Source of the DNA: a virus
Lineage: Duplodnaviria > Caudoviricetes
Length of the DNA stretch: 64,000 bases
Direction: 5' to 3' (one strand)
Virus record (IMG/VR): IMGVR_UViG_3300036713_000599
A model generated the notes under the pieces. The model had not been told where the DNA came from, did not search any database, and saw nothing but the letters and a program-made list of their open reading frames with translations. A program made the translations under genes and the position numbers. How positions within the stretch are numbered: the first letter of the stretch is position 1; every line of letters begins with the position of its first letter. Below, one piece after another: positions 20,888 to 30,071 of this stretch.

Positions 20888-21520
20888 ATGGGCACCGTCT
20901 TTTTAGTCGACGGACACACCTCTGTTCTTGCAAATTCGGAGATCAATGACACGATCCCCCTTGAGGCCGGTGAGACACAAACGCTCAATGGCAGCTTTGT
21001 AGTGAATGTCCCCTTCGGTGTTCCTGTAAACGGTACGCCTACGGATCTCACAACATTGCTTGCAGACAAATTTACCGGTTTACTCGCTTATTATCCAGGT
21101 TACACCTATATCGACTACGATGAAGGCATTGATGCCACTAATTGGGACTCATCGTCATCCCAAGGGGTAGGGTTGGGAGATCGTGGAAATGTCTATGTCC
21201 TGAATGGTGGGGTTCTTTTGTCCTCAGCTGTGACTCTGACAGGTGTCGCCCCTTCCGCTGCTATTATAACTTGGGAAGTCTTTGAGCTGAGCATGGAAAA
21301 CGATATTAATGGTGTAGTTCTTCGTAAGTACACAGAAGGTGACCCTTCTGACCTCACAGTGCAGGCTAGCTTCAATAACGGGACAGACTATACTAGCGGT
21401 ATCACAGACGGTGTTCAATTCGATATTCCCGCGTTTCGGCAGGGCGCTCAGTTCATTCTGAGGCTCACCAACTCCTCCGGCCGTCGGCTGTGGGTGGGGA
21501 GCTGGGCCGTCATCTATTGA
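20888..21520 (+). CDS. Virion structural protein, 210 aa
   Basis: In operon, beta-rich, no enzyme motif. Confidence 0.45.
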   Translation: MGTVFLVDGHTSVLANSEINDTIPLEAGETQTLNGSFVVNVPFGVPVNGTPTDLTTLLADKFTGLLAYYPGYTYIDYDEGIDATNWDSSSSQGVGLGDRGNVYVLNGGVLLSSAVTLTGVAPSAAIITWEVFELSMENDINGVVLRKYTEGDPSDLTVQASFNNGTDYTSGITDGVQFDIPAFRQGAQFILRLTNSSGRRLWVGSWAVIY

Positions 21521-21521
21521 T
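21513..21521 (+). promoter_or_regulatory. Candidate late-promoter motif TCTATTGAT
   Basis: The same 9-mer lies upstream of minus-strand gene 48775 (48790..48798). Only two exact instances were noted. Confidence 0.25.
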
Positions 21522-21588
21522 CCACCTATGGACTGCGTACCGAAGAAGATGGGAAGTCCCCGACTCAAGATGAATACGGAGATGGTCA

Positions 21589-24500
21589 ATGTCGCGTAAT
21601 TACGGTACGGGCGTGAGCCGAGTGCTTGATGTAGACAGTCGTCAGTTCACGAACGTTATATTCCAGCAAGGCCGTCCTCCACTTGATGGTGAATTCACCA
21701 TGCTTGCTGACCTGACGGAGGATTGGCGACGTATCCACGTCCTTCGAGGTTGCCCTTCAGGAGTTCTTTCTAATGTGACCAACACTGAGGGGGATTTCAT
21801 CACAGATAACTCCTGGTCCAACTGGTTCCGGCTCGGACAGCAAAAGACTGGTGAGACAAAGGCTGTTGTGTGGGTTTGCGTGAATGGTTGGATCATTCCA
21901 GTGACGGGCACAGGAACAGGCACACCTCCTGGTAGCCCCAATGACTCGGATACTTGGAACAAAATCACGCTTGACCCGCCTCCATCGAATTCAGGGGACA
22001 GTCGGATTGATTTTGTCTTCCTAGAGGTCTGGCTGGCAAAGGTTGCCCCGAACCCGAGCACAGTCAACAAACCTGGCGCTTCAACTCTATATCGTTACGG
22101 TAACGTCGAGGGCGGTTATTCTTATATATCTGATGACATCCAGGACCCTGCTCTCGGTTTCGAGACGACACAGCGTGTTCAGCTTCAGTACCGTATTCGT
22201 GTAGTGAGTGGGCTCATTGGCCTCACATCCTATCCTGATGGCTTTGACCCCGCAGTGGTCAAAGCCTGGGGTTCCGCAGCAGCAGATACTTCCTACACGT
22301 TCGAGAACATGCGACAAGAATTGGGCGACCCTGGCCTTTGGAGGGCTGGAGACGGGACCAGCAACACGTTGGGCACCGTAGATGGTTACAGTTACGCTGT
22401 GCCCATTTGTGCTGTATTCCGACGCAACAGCGTGGCATGGGATGGCGACCCCGGGCAAAATTTGAATGGGGCCTTCAATCGCAACCCAACTGCGACGGAC
22501 CGGACGGGAGCGACCACCTTCTCAACGGCAGCAACGCTTGCGTCAGCCCTCAATGATTCGGACCTGTCCTTGTCTCTCGTGTCGGCGACAGGCATTCCCT
22601 TACCGTTGTCCCCTGCATCGGCTGTCACGATCAAGGTTGATGATGAGATCATGACCTACTCTGTAATCACAGGTACGACCATGACTTTGACCAATCGAGG
22701 TTTTCTGGACACGAAGGCGGAGAACCATTTAGCGGGGGCTACGGTGGAAGTTCTGGCGGGTAGACCAGACGAGTTATTCAGTGATCAAATTGCCTCGACG
22801 GACATTCTAGACCTCCGGCATACAGTCAATCCAAATGGATTTGACTACAACTCGATGCTGCACCAAGGGCTAGATAAACTCCTTCGCGGTGAAATGCGTG
22901 GAAATTGGAAGCGATCTGGTGGAGGCCCACAAGGGCCTTTCGTGTTCTACCAGGACAAGATCTCTGCTTCGGCCGCGGCTCTTGGTGTGACCTTATTAGA
23001 CGCTCCTGACGGCCACCGCACGGTGTATTCAGATGCTTCAATGATCCAGGTGATGGAGTTTATAGCCAAAGCTCCTCCAGCTCAGTCGACCTCTGAAGAC
23101 GTTTCTGTCGCTTGGGGTTTGGGCCTTAGCGGGACAGCAGACAACTCTGGAGGATCGACAGGGCTCTACAATCCTGGCGACACCATCACCATTCCCGTGG
23201 CTCAACTTAAAAACAGTATGCCTGGTGTCGATTCTGACCAGCTACAATTCCTCTCGGGTACGGGAGCTGTGGCTATCCGTATTGATGGCTCGGATGAATT
23301 CCTGGTTGAAGGCACGGATTATTCTGTGACTGCTGTCACGGGACCTAGCGATGATCTGACAATCACCTTGGAATCTGGGTTCCCAGCGAGCGTGGACAAG
23401 AACCTGTACATCACATTCCACGTTCTGTGGGGGCCTGGAAGAGGCATCAGCCGCCGCCCTGACCTTGTCCATAGCGTGTCGTATCTCAGCGGCAATACGA
23501 ACATACTGCTTCCTCAGATCGGAGTTCCGGCGGATAACACTCCCCTGCCCACTTCCTGGGCACCTCTGTGGTCAAAGTACCGTGACAGTGTGTTCAACAA
23601 TCTACTTCCTGTGACGGCTCCAGCTTATGTGGACCCTGGAAGCAAGACAGTCGTGCTCACGCCTTTCCGTAGAGTGGACCTTCCGGATGAATTCCGGACA
23701 CTTGACGGCTCTTATGTCAACTGGAACACTGGTTCTGTGGCAGCGAGCGGAACAGACGGCATAACTAACGGCACGACAGACTTCAACAGTGCGTTGGCTA
23801 ATTTTGGCAGTGGTGGCGACGACATAGACACTGGTGATGTGATTGTCATCTCATCTGGAGCTGCCGTCGGGTTCTATTATGTCGCTAGTCGGACAGACGA
23901 CAACAATCTCGTCCTAGATCGGAATGCTCCGGCAGCCACCAGCACGTACACGATCTACCGTACACAAGGGCTCATGCCTTTGGACGACACCAGTGGTACA
24001 TCCAAGTGGTCGATTACTGACCCGTTGGAGCTTTTCTCTAGCAGGAACGACCCAGCACCGGCTACGAAAAACATCTACGTGCAGATGCCTCGTAAACTTA
24101 TTCCGGGTTGGGGTGCTGTTCATGTGCCGATCATCCACACAGACAACACTGTGTGGGATGAGGGGATCAACTTCCTGGTGTTCACGGAAAAGGGGGACAA
24201 GTCTGCCGGACCTAATTCTGAAAAGAACTTTGTCCCTTTCAGTAACGGTACTTTTAGCTACGCTGCTTTTTCGACTGTCGACCTGGACTCTTACCCAAGT
24301 AGTGCCACATACAACACGAAGTACGTGTCTGCTAGTTTGCCTTATGCAGGAATGAGAAAATACACAGACACAAGGTCTTTAGGCAGAGAAGGGTTGGAGC
24401 TACCTCCCTTCTACGGCATTGCTCGTCTATTTGCTGTGTATGAGGCCCAAGACTACATTACAAACAGGTCTGCTTACGACCCGACCTCACGAGCCCTGGA

Positions 24501-25896
24501 CACTGGAGGGGCGACGAACCTCTTACGGCAGAGCTTTGACGGTCCTGTCTTCTGGATCGAAATTGATGAGGACGGAGACAGCACGTTCATTCTGAATGCC
24601 GAAGTCATCGACATTGCAAAGAGTCCAAACGCCATCGCGAGCTTCGCAGCAGGTGACTACGTCATCGAAGCGAGCATTTTTGGATTTGATCGTGGGACTT
24701 TCTCCCTTGATAGCAACCCTCGCCTTGTTTTAACACGGGAACGTTTGTCAGGAGAGGCGGATAGCGGCACCAGGGCAAACAACTTCGGCGCTGGCAGTTC
24801 GGCCTCTGTTGATACGCCAAACCTCGTCATCCCGGCCCCTGCTTTCAGCAGCGACGAAATTGCGATTAATTACAGCCGCACCCCTTATCAAGGTGACGCC
24901 TGGGGTAGCCAAACAGTACAGCAGGATATCCAGCACAAGCAGGGACCGCTTCTGACTTCGACGCTGTACCAACTCCTCTCAACTGAGCTTGATGAAGCGA
25001 ACCTCACCCGACCTAACCAAAAGGCCGTTGAGGTGTTAGCCTCTCGTAGCTTCCTCACTACATTGGGGTCTGGTCGACTTTCAGGAGACCTTGCTTCCTC
25101 CACATACGATTTCCGTAATGTGGGTTATGAGAACACGTCGTCTCCGCCAACATCGGCACTCGATCCAAGGCCAACTCTTGCGATCCCTGCGTTGTCTTCA
25201 ACGTATGCATCCGCTATCGGTACCGCCTACCACGGCTGTATCGAAAGGCTGCCCCTCGGGGCTGGGTGGCGTGATAAAGACTTCCGAGGCGATTTCGTCA
25301 GCGGTGCCTCGGCTCAAGGGCAGGTCTCTTCACCTTTCGTCTATACGGATTCCTACGGTCCAGGTACCTTGTCCAGCAGCATCGCGGTCGAATCCTCTTA
25401 CGAGGCTGCGGGGCTTCTGATCGGAACGTCTAGCCTTTCATCCGGTCAGCCAGGTGAGGTTGTAGTTCAGGTCGACGGTGAGCAAGGCAATTATGGACTG
25501 CTCGTCAATTACCGCACTAATCGAGGCGGCTCGGGCTTTACGGCGTTCCCGCCGAACCCAGGCGGCGAATTTGCTCTAGCATTCCCGACGGCCGGCCCCT
25601 CCCCGAGCTACCCCAAGGTCCTCGCGGGATCGGCGTATCTCGTTCGCAACACTGTCACGAGCATCGGATCCACTGAAGTATCGGCCGGCAGCGAGTTGAT
25701 GTTGCTGGTTGTAACTCACGGCACACAGCTCGATGCTAGCTCGGACCAAAACTTAGTGATACAATGTGGAACTAACGGTACTGGCGAGAGCTATGCCGCT
25801 GCAGACTTGTATCGGCTGCCAGGGCATCCTTTGGTGTCGGACAACGTTCGATCCCATACCGACCCAGCTTCGATCAGTCTCGCCAGGAAGTCGTAA
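21589..25896 (+). CDS. Large baseplate/tail structural protein, 1435 aa
   Basis: N-terminal VIFQQGRPPLDGEF resembles the QQGR..LD start of DUF6519/DUF4815-like tail proteins. Paralogous to 15879..18443. Confidence 0.6.
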   Translation: MSRNYGTGVSRVLDVDSRQFTNVIFQQGRPPLDGEFTMLADLTEDWRRIHVLRGCPSGVLSNVTNTEGDFITDNSWSNWFRLGQQKTGETKAVVWVCVNGWIIPVTGTGTGTPPGSPNDSDTWNKITLDPPPSNSGDSRIDFVFLEVWLAKVAPNPSTVNKPGASTLYRYGNVEGGYSYISDDIQDPALGFETTQRVQLQYRIRVVSGLIGLTSYPDGFDPAVVKAWGSAAADTSYTFENMRQELGDPGLWRAGDGTSNTLGTVDGYSYAVPICAVFRRNSVAWDGDPGQNLNGAFNRNPTATDRTGATTFSTAATLASALNDSDLSLSLVSATGIPLPLSPASAVTIKVDDEIMTYSVITGTTMTLTNRGFLDTKAENHLAGATVEVLAGRPDELFSDQIASTDILDLRHTVNPNGFDYNSMLHQGLDKLLRGEMRGNWKRSGGGPQGPFVFYQDKISASAAALGVTLLDAPDGHRTVYSDASMIQVMEFIAKAPPAQSTSEDVSVAWGLGLSGTADNSGGSTGLYNPGDTITIPVAQLKNSMPGVDSDQLQFLSGTGAVAIRIDGSDEFLVEGTDYSVTAVTGPSDDLTITLESGFPASVDKNLYITFHVLWGPGRGISRRPDLVHSVSYLSGNTNILLPQIGVPADNTPLPTSWAPLWSKYRDSVFNNLLPVTAPAYVDPGSKTVVLTPFRRVDLPDEFRTLDGSYVNWNTGSVAASGTDGITNGTTDFNSALANFGSGGDDIDTGDVIVISSGAAVGFYYVASRTDDNNLVLDRNAPAATSTYTIYRTQGLMPLDDTSGTSKWSITDPLELFSSRNDPAPATKNIYVQMPRKLIPGWGAVHVPIIHTDNTVWDEGINFLVFTEKGDKSAGPNSEKNFVPFSNGTFSYAAFSTVDLDSYPSSATYNTKYVSASLPYAGMRKYTDTRSLGREGLELPPFYGIARLFAVYEAQDYITNRSAYDPTSRALDTGGATNLLRQSFDGPVFWIEIDEDGDSTFILNAEVIDIAKSPNAIASFAAGDYVIEASIFGFDRGTFSLDSNPRLVLTRERLSGEADSGTRANNFGAGSSASVDTPNLVIPAPAFSSDEIAINYSRTPYQGDAWGSQTVQQDIQHKQGPLLTSTLYQLLSTELDEANLTRPNQKAVEVLASRSFLTTLGSGRLSGDLASSTYDFRNVGYENTSSPPTSALDPRPTLAIPALSSTYASAIGTAYHGCIERLPLGAGWRDKDFRGDFVSGASAQGQVSSPFVYTDSYGPGTLSSSIAVESSYEAAGLLIGTSSLSSGQPGEVVVQVDGEQGNYGLLVNYRTNRGGSGFTAFPPNPGGEFALAFPTAGPSPSYPKVLAGSAYLVRNTVTSIGSTEVSAGSELMLLVVTHGTQLDASSDQNLVIQCGTNGTGESYAAADLYRLPGHPLVSDNVRSHTDPASISLARKS

Positions 25897-25907
25897 GGAT
25901 AACCAAG

Positions 25908-26189
25908 ATGGCTGTCAGGCATAAGAGCTACCTAGACATTCCGACTGTGCGACGAAAGACCACAGCATCAAAGAATCTTGCCCAGCTAAAGAATGTATTG
26001 GGCGACCCCACCCTTACAGAGGAGCAGCGCACTGCTTTGGTCGGTCGTATCAAGAGGGTCAATCAATGGGCTGCTGGGTCTCTTGCCCTCTCCGAGAGCC
26101 AAAACAAAGGCCAAGACAAAGGCCAAGACAAAGGCCGCACCAAACATCGTATTGAAATCTCCGAAGAAGTCGGAGTTTCAGAAGACTAG
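25908..26189 (+). CDS. Hypothetical protein with short KGQD repeat
   Basis: AAGGA RBS. A 12-bp tandem caaaggccaaga x~2.7 lies at 26105..26136. Confidence 0.5.
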   Translation: MAVRHKSYLDIPTVRRKTTASKNLAQLKNVLGDPTLTEEQRTALVGRIKRVNQWAAGSLALSESQNKGQDKGQDKGRTKHRIEISEEVGVSED

Positions 26190-26195
26190 GGAATC

Positions 26196-26618
26196 ATGGA
26201 CCAGGCACTCACGAATTTCATCAGTTGGCACACTCTGGTATTTGGCCTAGCGTGCTGGATTCTCACCTTCCTCTCTCGTAGGATTACTGAGACAGCACTG
26301 CCCCATCTGAAAAAGCAGGTGGATGCCAACCAAGAGGGGGCGACGTATAAGACGACATTCGCACGATGGTGGAACGAAGTCCTACTTTATGTCCTGCCTG
26401 TGGCTTGGGGTGGCCTAAGCGCATCATTGGCGACATTCTACCCCTTCCCCGAAGGAGTGTCTAGCTTCTCTGCTAGGCTCTTCTTCGGCATCGTCACCGG
26501 CTTCTTCTCAGGCTTCATCTACAAGATCCTGAAGAAGATCATACTCAAGAAGTTCGATATCGTGAGCGAGTCGGATCTTCCGGCTGCAAAAGTTCCGGAG
26601 CATGTAGGCGATGGCTGA
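26196..26618 (+). CDS. Holin-like membrane protein (~3 TM)
   Basis: Three hydrophobic segments and a basic C-terminal tail (YKILKKIILKK), located at the end of the structural genes. Confidence 0.5.
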   Translation: MDQALTNFISWHTLVFGLACWILTFLSRRITETALPHLKKQVDANQEGATYKTTFARWWNEVLLYVLPVAWGGLSASLATFYPFPEGVSSFSARLFFGIVTGFFSGFIYKILKKIILKKFDIVSESDLPAAKVPEHVGDG

Positions 26619-27138
26619 ACCCACCTACTGGGAGGCTGCTTGGGTATGGATCAAGCGAGTCTTCCGTTGGATTGCGGCACCTCTCCCAGCCCTCCTCCTC
26701 GTAGTGGGGGCTCTCTTCCTGATCGCACTCGGTGTAAAGAACGTTCAAATTGGTGGCTTGCTCAACAAGCTCTTTGGTAAAGAAGGGCCCAGCAAGGGCA
26801 ACAAAGCCATCTATGTCGCCAATTCTGTTCCGGAGGATCGGGTCGATCGTGATGGTAAGCTTATCCCCCCAGGTACGCCAGACTCCAAGGGGCACACACA
26901 GGCTGTGGTTGTACCTATTGAGGAGCCAGGCCTTTTCGACGATCCTAACGTGATCAAAATCACGCCTCCAGGAAAGAAAAAACCTGTAGAGGTCGTGCTC
27001 CCAGATGGTGTAAAATCCAAAGATGTGGAGAAGGTCGTGATAGTAAAGCCGGATGTCACGGTTGTGACTGTGACCGATAGCAGTGGTGTGACGGCCGAAA
27101 GCATCGACAATCTCTTGGAGAGATACGGTTCACGATAA
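26611..27138 (+). CDS. Single-pass membrane protein with soluble C-terminal domain (i-spanin-like position)
   Basis: RVFRW followed by hydrophobic IAAPLPALLLVVGALFLIALGV; overlaps the holin-like stop. Confidence 0.45.
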   Translation: MAEPTYWEAAWVWIKRVFRWIAAPLPALLLVVGALFLIALGVKNVQIGGLLNKLFGKEGPSKGNKAIYVANSVPEDRVDRDGKLIPPGTPDSKGHTQAVVVPIEEPGLFDDPNVIKITPPGKKKPVEVVLPDGVKSKDVEKVVIVKPDVTVVTVTDSSGVTAESIDNLLERYGSR

Positions 27139-27154
27139 AAAGGATCGTTGGATA

Positions 27155-27847
27155 ATGTCTACGCCTATTGTAGCAAAAGTTGCGCTTATATCTCTCCTCT
27201 TCACTATTCCCGTTTGGGCGAAAGAACGGGTTGTGCTGCCCAGCGAAACTGGTGAGATAGTCGGGATCGAGGAGAAGAAAGAGTCTGAAAAGGGCGTAAT
27301 GTGCACAGCGCCCTCACAGTGTGTTGCTGGTAAGGACATGTACACGATGGTACAGGTGCTGAAGTCACGAAAGTGCCAGCTTTCGGAACTTCCTCGGTTT
27401 GAGCTTGATCCTATTCAAATTGTTGTCGACAAACAGGGCCGTATTTTCTCTTCTGGTGCAGACCCCAAACCCTACTCTCTCAAGATGGCGTGGTGTGATA
27501 TCACTGTGAAGGCCGAGGGGAGAGTCGAGGTAGTGACGGCTATGAAGAAGCCGCCCATTTGGGGGTTCCGTTTCCGACCGAAGGCGTATATGGGATTACT
27601 GCCTTTGGAATCGTTTCACGAAGGCTTACGGGGATTCAGTGACCTGACAGACGCCGGATTTATGATCGATTTCCTATACTATGATTGGGCCAACCTCAAC
27701 GCCGCTGTAGGCTATCGTAGCGTGGGAGGCGGGGTAGGGCTTGACCTGACTGAAAATTTCGGTCTATACGGCGGCTACGGGATCGCATGGGGCAGTTGGA
27801 ATCACAACGTCAACCTCTCCCTGACTTTCAGTTTCTGGAACCCGTGA
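27155..27847 (+). CDS. Signal-peptide protein with C-terminal amphipathic beta-strands (predicted outer-membrane protein)
   Basis: SPI-type leader ending in VWA. Alternating strands NLNAAVGY, VGGGVGLDL, FGLYGGYGIAW and NVNLSLTFSFW. Confidence 0.5.
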   Translation: MSTPIVAKVALISLLFTIPVWAKERVVLPSETGEIVGIEEKKESEKGVMCTAPSQCVAGKDMYTMVQVLKSRKCQLSELPRFELDPIQIVVDKQGRIFSSGADPKPYSLKMAWCDITVKAEGRVEVVTAMKKPPIWGFRFRPKAYMGLLPLESFHEGLRGFSDLTDAGFMIDFLYYDWANLNAAVGYRSVGGGVGLDLTENFGLYGGYGIAWGSWNHNVNLSLTFSFWNP

Positions 27848-27874
27848 TGGCACCGTTAAGCTCGATATACGATC

Positions 27875-28093
27875 ATGAAGCATCAATTTAAAAAGGGCAA
27901 AATTATTTCTTTCCGCCCGTCCACCTGCTGGGGAGTTGTCGAAGTTAGTGGAGAGGAATACGACTTCTTCTCGACATGCTTCGCAGCTATCCAGAAGCCG
28001 CGGTTCCCAAGAGCTGGGGAAGAAGTCGGTGTGGTGCTAAATCCCAAGGGGATGGGATTAACTGTCCAAATCATGGTTTCAAAAGCGCCATGA
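27875..28093 (+). CDS. Cold-shock/OB-fold-like small protein
   Basis: KGKIISF....WGVV....EYDFFST.F......P..GEEV resembles the CSD pattern, with degenerate RNP motifs. Confidence 0.4.
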   Translation: MKHQFKKGKIISFRPSTCWGVVEVSGEEYDFFSTCFAAIQKPRFPRAGEEVGVVLNPKGMGLTVQIMVSKAP

Positions 28094-28241
28094 TATTTTC
28101 AGGACAATAGGCTGACACCGAAGAACTCCCGGCCATAACCCAAAAGATTCTAGGATTGCAGTGAAGATGGTGCCAACTTGGTTGTCGTTGGTTCCACTTC
28201 TCATCAATTCTATCCTTACCGCCAGAAAGTATAGTTGTCCT

Positions 28242-28256
28242 CCCTCCTTTGGTGTA
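28242..28256 (+). promoter_or_regulatory. CCCTCYTTYGGTGTA motif upstream of SNF2 helicase
   Basis: ccctcctttggtgta, 10 nt before ATG 28267; related to copies at 41037, 50507 and 61036(-). Confidence 0.5.
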
Positions 28257-28266
28257 TGTCATCAGG

Positions 28267-30054
28267 ATGGCAGAAAAACCAAAAGTCAACCTGTCTCCAC
28301 CAATGGCAAAGGCGTATGAGCGTCTCAAGCAGGTCAGAGCCTCCAAGACTGTGAGTCTTAAACCAAGCAGTCGACTTAAACAGGAGATCACGAGCATCGG
28401 GGGAGGGACGGAGAGATTTGATCTTCGGTACTACCAGGTACAAGGCGTGTACCACATGATGACGCTCAAGAGGATGGTGCTCGGGGACGATTGTGGACTG
28501 GGCAAGACGGTCGAGACTTTGGCCGCAATGGCCTACCTGTGGGACTCGAAGGCGGAGGCGAACCACAAGGTCATTGTGGTTGCTCCTAAGAGTGCCATGA
28601 ACCAATGGGCTGACGAGATCAAACGATTCCTCGTGGGAGTTGAACCCATTGTGGCTTCGGCTAAACCGAAGAAGGGTAAGTCTGCTCTCGAACTTCGGAC
28701 GGAAAAGTACGAAAAGTGGCGGGACGCCAAAGGTCCGACCGTGCTCATCACGAACTACGCTCTGCTAGTGCGAGATTGGAACGAGGGAGGATTCCGCCCT
28801 CTCAAACCAAACGGTAAACCTGACCCTAACAAACCTGTAAAGCCTGGATTGTTGGATAAAATCACAGAGGACGTAGCAAAAGGAAATCTCACGATAATCT
28901 TCGACGAAGCGACTGCGTTTAAATCGAAGCGGACCAAGACGTGGGAGACTGCCTATTTCCTTAGTCAGCGGGCGAACAGGTGTTATGGCTTGACTGCGAC
29001 TCTTCTGAAGAACCGCCTCTTTGAGGGTTATTGTATCTACGGTGTGGTCCGTCCTGGACTGTTCACCACACAGTCAAAGTTTTACGACCAGTACTGTTTC
29101 GTTGAGCTGAAAAAGGTGGGCAAAGCTCGCATACCTCTCATCAAGGGTTACAAAAATCTTGACCAATTCAGGGCAACCATCGACCCATTCTTTCTTGGTC
29201 GGAAGAAACACATGGTGGCTAAGGAATTGCCCACACTTACGACAAAGGAGATTGTCGTTGAGCTGTCGAGGCCGGAGGAGATTAAGTACGCAGAGGCCCT
29301 CACTGGTATTTTCGAACTGGGTGATGGTGAACTGAAAGTCTATGAAGACAACAAGGCGTTGGTAAGCCTTATCTATTGTCAGCAAGTGGTCAACTCACTC
29401 GCGACACTCAAATTCGATGAGGATTCCGGTGTGGACGATGACCTCATAAATGACCCCAAGAGGTACAAGGTGGGTTCTTTGGGGTCGAAGGAGCAGGCGT
29501 TGGTTGACTTGCTCTCGGAACAACTCGAAGATCAGAAGGTAATTGTTTACACCCGGTTCGCGTCCCTTGTGCCAAGACTCCAGGCTATCCTGAAAAAAGC
29601 AGGGGTGGCGTCGACTCGTATCACAGGTATGGAGACTGACGACAAGGTACGCCAAAAGAATCAAAAGATGTTCCAGGACCCTGAAGGGGACGTGAATGTC
29701 ATCTTCATCACGGATGCAGGGTCGGAGGCGATCAATCTCCAGATGGCGGCAGCGACCGTCTTTTACGACGCTCCATGGTCGTGGGGAAATTACATCCAGA
29801 TTCTCGGACGTATGATTCGCATCGGTTCGCCCCACAAGGGTGTGCTGGTGTTTCATCTCGTGGCTGCGAGGCCCGGCAAGAAAGAGGCTGCGGACAGTAA
29901 GACGATTGATCACCACGTGTTGAGTCTGCTTCGGAGCAAACGGGGTTTCATTGACAAGATTCTCGGTGAGGGTGCTGTGGGTGCCCTGACTTTTGACAAG
30001 AGCGGGAAAGACCTACACGAGCTTGTTCGATTATTGCAAGGCCCCTCCAAGTAA
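28267..30054 (+). CDS. SNF2-family (SF2) helicase/ATPase
   Basis: Motif I GDDCGLGKT, II IIFDEAT, III LTAT, V TDAGSEAINL, VI QILGRMIRIG. Confidence 0.9.
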   Translation: MAEKPKVNLSPPMAKAYERLKQVRASKTVSLKPSSRLKQEITSIGGGTERFDLRYYQVQGVYHMMTLKRMVLGDDCGLGKTVETLAAMAYLWDSKAEANHKVIVVAPKSAMNQWADEIKRFLVGVEPIVASAKPKKGKSALELRTEKYEKWRDAKGPTVLITNYALLVRDWNEGGFRPLKPNGKPDPNKPVKPGLLDKITEDVAKGNLTIIFDEATAFKSKRTKTWETAYFLSQRANRCYGLTATLLKNRLFEGYCIYGVVRPGLFTTQSKFYDQYCFVELKKVGKARIPLIKGYKNLDQFRATIDPFFLGRKKHMVAKELPTLTTKEIVVELSRPEEIKYAEALTGIFELGDGELKVYEDNKALVSLIYCQQVVNSLATLKFDEDSGVDDDLINDPKRYKVGSLGSKEQALVDLLSEQLEDQKVIVYTRFASLVPRLQAILKKAGVASTRITGMETDDKVRQKNQKMFQDPEGDVNVIFITDAGSEAINLQMAAATVFYDAPWSWGNYIQILGRMIRIGSPHKGVLVFHLVAARPGKKEAADSKTIDHHVLSLLRSKRGFIDKILGEGAVGALTFDKSGKDLHELVRLLQGPSK

Positions 30055-30071
30055 TAGGTGTATCTAGAAAT

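Noticed and set aside
26105-26136. Short tandem duplications (KGQD here; MYDRAK at 62333..62375) as contingency loci
   Set aside because: Only 2-3 in-frame copies near protein ends; most likely simple slippage events.
28079-28204. 41-aa minus-strand ORF with an AAGGA RBS
   Set aside because: No motif, and it overlaps the upstream gene antisense; not supportable without conservation data.
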